From an uncultured Rhodopirellula sp. (GTDB taxonomy: Bacteria; Planctomycetota; Planctomycetia; Pirellulales; Pirellulaceae), in assembly GCA_964007735.1 (NCBI GenBank), contig CAXGAI010000028.1, forward strand, positions 1 to 58,086: 58,086 nt of DNA, read 5' to 3'. Under the pieces are notes generated by a model. It did no database searches. It was not told where the DNA came from and saw only the letters and a program-made list of their open reading frames with translations. The stretch's first letter is position 1, and each line of letters begins with the position of its first letter. Positions 1 to 7,565 of this stretch are shown piece by piece. The position numbers and the translations under genes were made by a program.

Positions 1-45
1 ACAAGCTACAATGTCTGGGGTCAAACTCAACTGGATTGACTGTCA

Positions 46-109
46 TGCCAGTGCATAGCATGGCGGCGCAGCCGCCATTCATGTCGGCGTTAGCCGACAT
101 GTACCGGCA
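46..109. repeat. Branched palindromic (REP-like) element
   Basis: Two perfect 8-bp hairpins (ATGGCGGC-gca-GCCGCCAT 60-78; ATGTCGGC-gtta-GCCGACAT 81-100) enclosed by an imperfect outer stem (46-56 with 99-109). Confidence 0.5.
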
Positions 110-122
110 CTCCTAGTCCCTC

Positions 123-341
123 TCACGGGCCGGATGGTGTCGGTGCAGGTTGGTGTTGGTTCAATCTTGTGAGCAACAGATCCAAATCTTGCGAGTTAAA
201 CAAGCGATAACCATAGATGGGATGACGCTGGACGGTAATTTTTCCACCCCGTTCCCAATTAATGCGTGAATTAGCGGACACCCCAATGTATTTCACTGCC
301 TCTGTGATCTTTAGATAGTCATTCAATTTGATCTTGGCCAT
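123..341 (-). CDS. MerR-like/excisionase-like helix-turn-helix protein
   Basis: YLKITEAVKYIGVSANSRINWERGGKI...RHP.YGYRLF resembles the MerR/HTH_17 pattern; ATG at 341 preferred over GTG at 350. Confidence 0.7.
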   Translation of the reverse strand: MAKIKLNDYLKITEAVKYIGVSANSRINWERGGKITVQRHPIYGYRLFNSQDLDLLLTRLNQHQPAPTPSGP

Positions 342-521
342 AGCTCTCACCGATGGGGAAGAATCTCCAGCTGTTATCTAAGGTTACCAAAGCTCAATAA
401 AGGTTTAAATCATTTCAGCCAGTACAAAGTGTAAAACAGCTCGTAAGAAATGCCAACACGCTTCAAGCATCCCATCAGTTATTATTACTCCACGCTCATT
501 GCTTGATCAGCCGGAGGGTAA

Positions 522-608
522 TGGTAGCCGAGGCGGGACTCGAACCCGCACGTCCTATCGGACACAGGATTTTAAATCCTGAGCGTCTGCCAATTCCGCC
601 ACTCGGCC
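522..608 (-). tRNA. tRNA-Leu (anticodon TAA), CCA encoded
   Basis: Reverse complement GGCCGAGTGGCGGAATTGGCAGACGCT-CAGGA-TT-TAA-AA-TCCTG-...-GGTTCGAGTCCCGCCTCGGCTACCA; long variable arm, discriminator A. Confidence 0.97.
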
Positions 609-633
609 ATTACCATTGGCTTGTTGAAACGAT

Positions 634-662
634 ATCTTACCGCAACAGTGTGTTGCGTCCAA
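634..662 (-). promoter_or_regulatory. Putative sigma70-type promoter of tRNA-Leu
   Basis: TTGGAC-N17-TAAGAT, ending 26 nt upstream of the tRNA 5' end. Confidence 0.45.
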
Positions 663-687
663 GAACAGTGCCTTGAGTTTTCTATGT

Positions 688-2205
688 CTAACTTTCGATT
701 CTGTTTACAGCGTCCAGAATCGCCTTAATCGTAGATTCCACTGTATCAGTGGACGTACCGCGTCCACGATAAACAGTGCCCTGGTACTCAATCTCTACCA
801 GGACTTCGCCGATGGCATCTCGCCCCAGTGTCGCACTACGAACCTGATAGTCTTTACATGTTATTTCCAGTCCGGTAATTTTTTCAACAGCCCAAAAGGC
901 AGCGTCGATTGGTCCGTCGCCTTCCGCCACTTCTTCGATTATCTCCTGACCATCACGCGTGAGTGTCAATTTACAGATTGGTGTTTCACCGGACGTGGCC
1001 TTCACATCAAAAGCAACCAGGGACCACCCATTCTCAGTCTCACCGCCGTGAATTCGTTGCTGAATCAAGGCATGAATGTCACCTTCGTATATTTCTTTTT
1101 TCTTGTCAGCCAGTTTCTTGAATTCGTCAAACACCTCCTGGAGTTGTTCCGCATCGAGTTGGTAGCCAAGTTCACGAGCGCGGTCACCTAAAGCAGCGCG
1201 TCCCGAATGTTTCCCAAGAACCAGATCCGTTTTGGCAAGACCGACGTCTTCCGGACGCATTATTTCATAGGTTGTGCGTTCCTTCAGCATGCCGTCCTGA
1301 TGAATCCCGGCTTCGTGGGCGAATGCATTTTGGCCTACGATCGCTTTGTTCCGTTGGACCGCCATTCCTGTAATGGAGGTTAGCAGGCGACTCGTAGGAA
1401 CAAGCCTCTGCGTATTAATGTTGGTTTCAAGGTTGTAAAAGTCTTGCCGTGTCTTCAACGCCATGACGACCTCTTCCAGCGAGCAGTTACCAGCTCGTTC
1501 CCCAATTCCGTTGACGGTACATTCGATTTGGCCCGCCCCGCTCTGAACAGCGGCCAGACTATTGGCAACGGCCAAACCTAAGTCATTGTGGCAGTGGATA
1601 CTGATGACAGCTTTGTCGATGTTCGGAACACGATTAAACAGCATCGAAATGGTTTTCCCCATTTGTTGAGGAGTTGCGTAACCAACAGTGTCTGGAATAT
1701 TGATTGTTGAAGCACCAGCGGTGATAGCAGCTTCGACAACTTCACAGAGGAAATCGTGTTCCGTCCGAGCGGCGTCTTCCGGAGAAAATTCAATGTCGTC
1801 ACAGTAGCTGCGCGCTCTGGAAACGCCTTCAACGGCGCGAGCGATAATCTGTTCGCGATTCATCTTCAGCTTAAACTCACGATGAATAGCGCTTGTTGCC
1901 AGGAAAACATGAATCCGACTCCGTTCAGCATGCTGCAGAGCTTCCCACGCCCGGTCAATGTCCTTGTCGCTACAACGAGCCAGTCCGCAAAAGGTAGTCC
2001 CTTGCATGGTACTACTGATTTCTCGAACGGCTTCAAAGTCACCCGGAGAGGCGATGGGAAATCCGGCTTCCATTACATCGACTCCGAGATTGATCAAAGC
2101 CTGAGCAAGTTCGAGCTTTTCAGCCAGATTCATGCTGCAACCAGGCGACTGTTCACCGTCGCGAAGTGTTGTGTCAAAGATGGTTATGTTTCGGGTTTCA
2201 CTCAT
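688..2205 (-). CDS. leuA: 2-isopropylmalate synthase
   Basis: DTTLRDGEQ, HCHNDLG, GIGERAGN and HEAGIHQDG motifs; C-terminal regulatory domain (GDGPIDA). Confidence 0.97.
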   Translation of the reverse strand: MSETRNITIFDTTLRDGEQSPGCSMNLAEKLELAQALINLGVDVMEAGFPIASPGDFEAVREISSTMQGTTFCGLARCSDKDIDRAWEALQHAERSRIHVFLATSAIHREFKLKMNREQIIARAVEGVSRARSYCDDIEFSPEDAARTEHDFLCEVVEAAITAGASTINIPDTVGYATPQQMGKTISMLFNRVPNIDKAVISIHCHNDLGLAVANSLAAVQSGAGQIECTVNGIGERAGNCSLEEVVMALKTRQDFYNLETNINTQRLVPTSRLLTSITGMAVQRNKAIVGQNAFAHEAGIHQDGMLKERTTYEIMRPEDVGLAKTDLVLGKHSGRAALGDRARELGYQLDAEQLQEVFDEFKKLADKKKEIYEGDIHALIQQRIHGGETENGWSLVAFDVKATSGETPICKLTLTRDGQEIIEEVAEGDGPIDAAFWAVEKITGLEITCKDYQVRSATLGRDAIGEVLVEIEYQGTVYRGRGTSTDTVESTIKAILDAVNRIES

Positions 2206-2304
2206 GGGTCTATATCTGTGCTTTTATGATTTTAAATTCACTGGGAATACCGTCGCTTGAAGTTTGTGGCGACGATGAAGCCATTCCGCTCGCGGATGCC
2301 GGCC

Positions 2305-2388
2305 TTAAACCGACGCGATAAGCAAGAGGATTACATGCGATGGAGTTGCACATTCTCCGGGCGTTCGTTTTGTTTTGAATTTGCGCAT
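2305..2388 (-). CDS. Putative second leader peptide of leuA (27 aa, MRKFKTKRTPGECATPSHVILLLIASV)
   Basis: Hand-translated ATG..TAA uORF with consecutive V-I-L-L-L-I codons near its stop, lying between the attenuator terminator and leuA. Confidence 0.4.
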   Translation of the reverse strand: MRKFKTKRTPGECATPSHVILLLIASV

Positions 2389-2421
2389 CTGTCCGTAACC
2401 GAATCGTGTATCTAAACCATT

Positions 2422-2487
2422 AAAAAAACCCGAGGTTTGAGGCCTCGGGTGTATCGTGTGGAATTTGTTGCTCTACTACATACACCC
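2422..2487 (-). promoter_or_regulatory. leu transcription attenuator (antiterminator/terminator)
   Basis: Terminator ACCCGAGG-cctcaaa-CCTCGGGT plus U-tract (2422-2450); alternative stem GGGTGTAT (2487-2480) / ATACACCC (2454-2447) overlaps the leader stop codon and the terminator 5' arm. Confidence 0.88.
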
Positions 2488-2546
2488 TACATTCGCACTA
2501 AAAGTACGCTTAGTAAGCCCAGTAATAGTAATAGTCGTGAAGACAT
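2487..2546 (-). CDS. leuL: leu leader peptide (19 aa, MSSRLLLLLGLLSVLLVRM)
   Basis: 9 Leu codons (TTA x4, CTA x3, CTG, CTT), AAGGA SD upstream, immediately followed by the attenuator. Confidence 0.88.
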   Translation of the reverse strand: MSSRLLLLLGLLSVLLVRM

Positions 2547-2575
2547 GAACAATTTCCTTTAATTTCTATTCTTTG

Positions 2576-2604
2576 ACTCTAATTTAGAAAGCTAGTTTTT
2601 GCAA
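2576..2604 (-). promoter_or_regulatory. Putative sigma70-type promoter of the leu leader
   Basis: TTGCAA-N17-TAGAGT, ending 30 nt upstream of the leader ATG. Confidence 0.55.
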
Positions 2605-2677
2605 CCTTCGGTTTTTAGGAGAGGAATGTAAAACACAGAGGCTTATTTTCAGATTGTCTTAAACCCCTAGCTGCTTA

Positions 2678-3679
2678 CTATCTACTAAGTAGGTCACTAC
2701 TGTAGCGAGGTGAGGCAATACGTGTTTGATTACTGTTCAGACCTGCTGGTGGCACCTGCTGTTGAATTGTGGGCGGGGCGTATCGTCCGACCTCAGGTGG
2801 AGCTATCTTTGACATATCAATCTGTGGATAGCCATCATATTCTGGTAAAGACCAGATCTGAGAAGCATCGCCTATGTTGTTATTAATTTGGTATCGAGGC
2901 ACATCAATTTGGAATGCCAACTGATTTTCCGTACCCGGGAGTAACTGGATTTGGACTCGGTGCGGTAATGAAACTCCGTGTCGTGGATAGAAGCTATGCT
3001 CGGAGGCTTTGACACTTGCTAAAATCTGGCCATTGGCAAGTGTGAGATGTTGTTCCAGAACCCATCCGAATCGATCATCAACAATCATGCGACGTAAAAC
3101 TTCCCCCGATGGTGATGGAATGCGACTCCGGATTTCGTATTTTCTTCCTTCCAATTCAAATGGGCCTTCATGGTAACCTGCAGGATCTAAATAGACCAAT
3201 CCAATGGCCTCGGTAATCCAGTTAAGATCGATTGGAAGAAAGTTGCGAGCTGCTGTCGTTGCCAACTGATCGTGATGTACGTAGTAGATGGCGGGATCGG
3301 GTTGTTGTTTTACCCACAACCATGCCAACTGGTCGTTGCTCCCAAAGTCTACTTCGGTGGCTGTAAAGTCAAACAAACCGGCCGTCAGTCTGAACTTGCG
3401 CGGTTGTTCCACAATCATTTGAGCTTTCAATGTCGGAGCCCCTGCGATTGAAAGGCGGGCTCCTTGTGATTGCAGCTGTTTTACTAATTGTGTTGTATTC
3501 ACAGCTGACATTAGTTGTTCCAAAGTTGGTGTTCCTTGAAACGCGACCGGAGGTAAGCCCGAGTGTTTTTGAACATAGGATTGCCACGGACATCCTGTGA
3601 GTACCAGTGTGCAACTTGCGACGAATGCAACAACAGTTCGTGTGATGGAATGAACGGATGTTGTTTGGCGATGAATCAT
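2678..3679 (-). CDS. Hypothetical lipoprotein
   Basis: 333-aa ORF with signal peptide and lipobox LTGC, beta-rich body; start overlaps the upstream stop (TAATG). Confidence 0.8.
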   Translation of the reverse strand: MIHRQTTSVHSITRTVVAFVASCTLVLTGCPWQSYVQKHSGLPPVAFQGTPTLEQLMSAVNTTQLVKQLQSQGARLSIAGAPTLKAQMIVEQPRKFRLTAGLFDFTATEVDFGSNDQLAWLWVKQQPDPAIYYVHHDQLATTAARNFLPIDLNWITEAIGLVYLDPAGYHEGPFELEGRKYEIRSRIPSPSGEVLRRMIVDDRFGWVLEQHLTLANGQILASVKASEHSFYPRHGVSLPHRVQIQLLPGTENQLAFQIDVPRYQINNNIGDASQIWSLPEYDGYPQIDMSKIAPPEVGRYAPPTIQQQVPPAGLNSNQTRIASPRYSSDLLSR

Positions 3680-4170
3680 TAGGCAGCATCCTTATACAAC
3701 ATTGCGACAAGTTGGTCCTGAATCTTATCTACTTCTTGAGCATCAGGGTAAGCCACAGGAACTTTGTACTCCTGCTCGTTCTTTGAACTGCTGATAATCA
3801 TTAATTCATTACCCGCTTCGTCCTGTTCATTGCCTTCGAAGCTCATCATGCGTTTGCGAATCATGAGCAAAGCGAGCACAAAAGCCATGTTTGGATGTTC
3901 GTTAGATTCCATGAGTTTCTGGAAATACTGTAGAACCACTTCGTCTGGAGCAAGCGTAACCTTTACTCCATCTTCCTCGGGCACCTCGGATTGCCACCAT
4001 GCTAGTGCATCGTCCGGGGCTCCTTCCCATCCGGCCAAACTGTAGTCATGCCGAACTACTTCGTCTGCTTCGGCGATCAACACGGAGTAAAAGGAATGCC
4101 CTGGTTCTAAGGTCTCTCCCGTTTTGTGGCAGAGTCGCGTCGCTTTTTTGATGTGAAACTCGAGCATCAA
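3679..4170 (-). CDS. Conserved hypothetical protein
   Basis: 163-aa ORF co-oriented between the ECF sigma and the lipoprotein; GGAG SD upstream. Confidence 0.8.
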   Translation of the reverse strand: MMLEFHIKKATRLCHKTGETLEPGHSFYSVLIAEADEVVRHDYSLAGWEGAPDDALAWWQSEVPEEDGVKVTLAPDEVVLQYFQKLMESNEHPNMAFVLALLMIRKRMMSFEGNEQDEAGNELMIISSSKNEQEYKVPVAYPDAQEVDKIQDQLVAMLYKDAA

Positions 4171-4234
4171 AAAGACCTGGACTCCTTTCCAGCGGGGATA
4201 TCGTTAGTTTGCAATTGGGGAGGGCTAATTGTGG

Positions 4235-4864
4235 TTAATGCGTGCCGACGTACTTTCGCAGTCTCTGTCGCGCGCGGCTTAGTGTAGGACCAATGCTATT
4301 TTCAGGAACACCGGTGAGACCGCTGATCTCATGGTAGCTGCGTCCTTCCAGGTGGTAGAGCCTCACAACTTCACGCTCGTTGCCGTCGAGTACATTTAAT
4401 AACTGTGCAACGATTTCCTGATTTGCTAAAAGATGGTCCGCGTTAGGCTGACGGTCTTCTATAGTTTCAGGATTGTCGAGTGATAATTTAAACGCATAAA
4501 CCTGAGCCCCCTCACTTTCCTCTGCTTCCGCTGAGGATCCGGTATCTGTCGTTCTCGGATGACGACGTTTTACGACTTCACGAACTACAATTCGTCTCAC
4601 GATGACAGCCAGATAAGTTGCTAATGAACTGTTGCCTCGAAAGTTTCTTAAAACGGAATAATCGTCTTTCACAAGCTGAAGAAAGACTTCGGCAGTATAG
4701 TCTTCAATGTCCTGATTGGTAATTAACAGACTACGCGACTTGATGGTGTGGTTGATAGTGTGAATTACCAAACCGATGTAGCGGTCAACAAATGCTTCCC
4801 AGGCGTGTGGAGCACGGGAAAGACATCGCTCGATTAAGTCACGGTCAAATTCGGAAAGTGCCAC
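4235..4864 (-). CDS. ECF-type RNA polymerase sigma factor
   Basis: Region 2 (DIEDYTAEVFLQL..SLATYL) and region 4 (LYHLEGRSYHEIS..GVPENSIGPTLSRAR). Confidence 0.92.
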   Translation of the reverse strand: MALSEFDRDLIERCLSRAPHAWEAFVDRYIGLVIHTINHTIKSRSLLITNQDIEDYTAEVFLQLVKDDYSVLRNFRGNSSLATYLAVIVRRIVVREVVKRRHPRTTDTGSSAEAEESEGAQVYAFKLSLDNPETIEDRQPNADHLLANQEIVAQLLNVLDGNEREVVRLYHLEGRSYHEISGLTGVPENSIGPTLSRARQRLRKYVGTH

Positions 4865-5270
4865 GATAAATCGCTGTCACAAGAATTTCAGGAATTACAG
4901 AAGAGGCATACATATCCCCTCAAGCTCAATGGATTCTAGAAATCTAGGCGTTTTGGGGCAATATGAATCCAGCCATCGGTTGGTCCAAACCTAGCAATTC
5001 ATTGCTTGTTTTTACGCAATTAAAAACAAGCATTTATGCGTAAAGTCGGGTGATCAACGTTGAATTCTGGAAAAATACGGTTTTTCACCGAAAGATGGGA
5101 CTAAAGCTGTGGTCGACAATTAAGTTTTTTGATTAAATTACCTCTGAATAGTCCAAATTAGTAAAAATCCATATGAGAAACGCCGATTTTGGACATAGCC
5201 GTATATATCAATTCATCGCTGATTTGTAGTGATTTTCGCCGATCGCTGCAACAAGTAGAGGAGAATCCTC

Positions 5271-5543
5271 ATGACTCATGTTGTTTGCCAACCATGTTTT
5301 GCCTGTAAGTACACTGATTGTGTTGTTGTTTGCCCTGTAGAGTGTTTCTATGAGGGTGAGCAAATGGTCTATATCCATCCGGAAGAATGCATCGACTGCG
5401 AGGCCTGTGTTCCTGAGTGTCCAGTGGAAGCTATTTTCCATGAAGATAACGTACCTGAAGGACAGGAAGGTTTTATCGAGTTGAACGCTGAGCTTTCTCC
5501 TCAGCTGGAAGTTATCACTGAGAAGAAGGATCCATTGGTTTAG
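5271..5543 (+). CDS. fdxA: 7Fe-type (3Fe-4S/4Fe-4S) ferredoxin
   Basis: [15 protein letters not shown] and [12 protein letters not shown] motifs; AGGAG SD. Confidence 0.93.
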   Translation: MTHVVCQPCFACKYTDCVVVCPVECFYEGEQMVYIHPEECIDCEACVPECPVEAIFHEDNVPEGQEGFIELNAELSPQLEVITEKKDPLV

Positions 5544-5570
5544 TAACAATCACTGGAGTTTGATTCATAC

Positions 5571-5606
5571 GAAAGACGTGCTGATTCGCCTCAGCACGTC
5601 TTTTTC
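5571..5606 (+). terminator. Intrinsic terminator between ferredoxin and HNH gene
   Basis: AAAGACGTGCTGA-ttcgcc-TCAGCACGTCTTT followed by Ts. Confidence 0.85.
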
Positions 5607-5631
5607 ATGTCCTAGGTAAACGAATGGTCCG

Positions 5632-6249
5632 TTAGGCAATCTTTCGAGTTCGCAGGAAGGGTTGCCAAGCTTCGATATTCTCGCATTCTGTATCTAGAGT
5701 CACCGACTCTAATGGATGTGGCCGAGTTGGCTTGTTGAGTAGTTGCATGCTGGCTTCCTGAGGGGTCCGACAGCCTTTGCGAGTATTGCACTTGGTGCAA
5801 CTGCAGACAATATTCTCCCAGGAAGTATCTCCTCCCTTGCTCCGAGGTTTCACATGATCGAGGCTTAGCTGATTGAAGCTAAGTTGTTTTCCACAGTACT
5901 GACACTGGCGGTTATCACGTAAGTACAAATTCTTCCGGCTAAATCGTATCGTTGTCTTTGGCATTTTATCGTAATTGATAAGACGAATGACTTTGGGGAC
6001 TTCGATCTTTTGCCGCGACGACTGAATCCAATTACTAAGCAGTTTTTCCTCCATTCGCAATAAACTCAGTTCTTGCCAGAACTCGAAGGAGTAGTTGTGA
6101 AATTGTTGATCTTCGACGTCAATGACTTCAGCTGATTCGCGACACAAAAGGATGAAGGCCTGCCGACCCGAGATGATCTGCATTGCCATATAGAATCGGT
6201 TGAGAAGTAGGACGTTTGAGTATAGTCCTTGCCTGTCGGACACAATCAT
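5632..6249 (-). CDS. HNH endonuclease (McrA-like family)
   Basis: RD..CQYCG..LDHVKPRSKGG..WENIVCSC..CN..K motif. Confidence 0.92.
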   Translation of the reverse strand: MIVSDRQGLYSNVLLLNRFYMAMQIISGRQAFILLCRESAEVIDVEDQQFHNYSFEFWQELSLLRMEEKLLSNWIQSSRQKIEVPKVIRLINYDKMPKTTIRFSRKNLYLRDNRQCQYCGKQLSFNQLSLDHVKPRSKGGDTSWENIVCSCTKCNTRKGCRTPQEASMQLLNKPTRPHPLESVTLDTECENIEAWQPFLRTRKIA

Positions 6250-6538
6250 GCGTCGACTCCTTTCTCTGAATTGGCTACAAGGCTTCTTCAGCTGTTCGAC
6301 GATTAACCCGCATGCGAATCTTAATTTATTCGCATACTAAACCTATTAAGATGTTAGCACTCTCTGCGGAATACCCGCAAATGAATTTTTTGAAAAGGCA
6401 TTTTGAATTTCAGTTCACATTCTGTTGCAATTCTCGAGTCGGGATGATTACATTAAAGGAAGATGACATGGATGATCATCCAAACCTTTTCAAACACTTG
6501 CATTCGCAAGATCATTTTCAATCTAGGAAATCATTGAA

Positions 6539-6844
6539 ATGATTCATTACTCCTGTGATTGTTGTAAACGTCCGATCGACAGCAAAACAGAACTGCGCTA
6601 TGTTGTGAAGCTCGAAGTTCAGGCCACGATGGATTTGCCTGAAGTTGACTCAACTGAAGAAGAGCGTGACCACCTGCTGGAGATTGAAGAGCTGCTAGAT
6701 GAGTTGGGGGAGTCCAATTTGGACTACGTTGACGAAGATTATCAACGACGTCGCTACGACCTTTGTTCGCAGTGCTATCAGGATTACATCAAGAATCCTT
6801 TAGGTATTGAGAAGACGTACCGAGTGGGCTTTAGTAAGAATTAA
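6539..6844 (+). CDS. Small putative zinc-binding protein
   Basis: N-terminal CDCC and C-terminal DLCSQC around an acidic middle. Confidence 0.75.
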   Translation: MIHYSCDCCKRPIDSKTELRYVVKLEVQATMDLPEVDSTEEERDHLLEIEELLDELGESNLDYVDEDYQRRRYDLCSQCYQDYIKNPLGIEKTYRVGFSKN

Positions 6845-6882
6845 GCGCACGGATTGCGAACCATCTTTGAAATGCCTGGTTT

Positions 6883-7461
6883 TTAGCTATGCATACGGGG
6901 TAGCGTATCGCCTCGATGGATAATCTCTGCTTCGCTTCTCGCCAGTTCCTGAAGCCGTAATTCGACTTCCCGCTTGGCAGCAAAGTCCTCGGCGAGTTGC
7001 AGGTAGACGGCATAGTGACGGGCTTCAGATTCGAATAGTTTATCGTAGAAATCCGATAACTCCACATCATTAATGTGGTGCCGAAGCAGGTCGAACCGCT
7101 CGCAGCTGCGTGCTTCAATCAATGCAGCAACGAGCAATCGGTCGACGGCTCGTTGGGGTTCCTGTGGTCGAATTAACTCTTTCATCTGACGACCATAATT
7201 GCTTTGAGAAAGTCGTCGGAACGGAATACCGCGTTTTTTGAGCATTCCAAGTACTTGATGGAAGTGCTCCAGTTCTTCATTAACAATTTCTGTCATCTTC
7301 ACGGTCAACTCTTCATGCTCGATATACGACATCATTAAATTGAGAGCGGCCCGTGCTGCTTTGTTTTCACAATGCGCATGATCGATTAGGATCTCGTCGA
7401 GGTGGTTGTCTACCTGTTCGAGCCAACGCTCGGGGGATTCCGTTTTTAAGTTGAGCATCAT
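6883..7461 (-). CDS. miaE: tRNA-(ms2io6A) hydroxylase
   Basis: DHAHCENKAA, EELEHF, LIEARSCERF and ESEARH diiron motifs; start moved to 7461 because the TTG at 7515 lies inside the leuB terminator. Confidence 0.92.
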   Translation of the reverse strand: MMLNLKTESPERWLEQVDNHLDEILIDHAHCENKAARAALNLMMSYIEHEELTVKMTEIVNEELEHFHQVLGMLKKRGIPFRRLSQSNYGRQMKELIRPQEPQRAVDRLLVAALIEARSCERFDLLRHHINDVELSDFYDKLFESEARHYAVYLQLAEDFAAKREVELRLQELARSEAEIIHRGDTLPRMHS

Positions 7462-7494
7462 TGTTGTCGGAGTCTGGTCATTGAGAAGTCCATG

Positions 7495-7531
7495 AAAAAA
7501 CGCGGCATGCTCCAAGCGATGACCGCGTTTT
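7495..7531 (-). terminator. Intrinsic terminator after leuB
   Basis: AAAACGCGG...CCGCGTTTTTT imperfect hairpin with U-tract. Confidence 0.75.
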
Positions 7532-7565
7532 CTATTTTAATCGTTGTGCTGTGACAGCATAAGTA

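Noticed and set aside
673..2229. Plus-strand ORFs 673-1191 and 1756-2229
   Set aside because: Antisense shadows of leuA with no recognisable motifs
5632..6249. HNH gene as IscB, homing endonuclease or R-M component
   Set aside because: No RuvC or PLMP motifs, intron context or methyltransferase; looks like the common stand-alone HNH family
6312..6542. 76-aa ORF upstream of the zinc-finger gene
   Set aside because: AT-rich divergent promoter region, no motif; probably spurious
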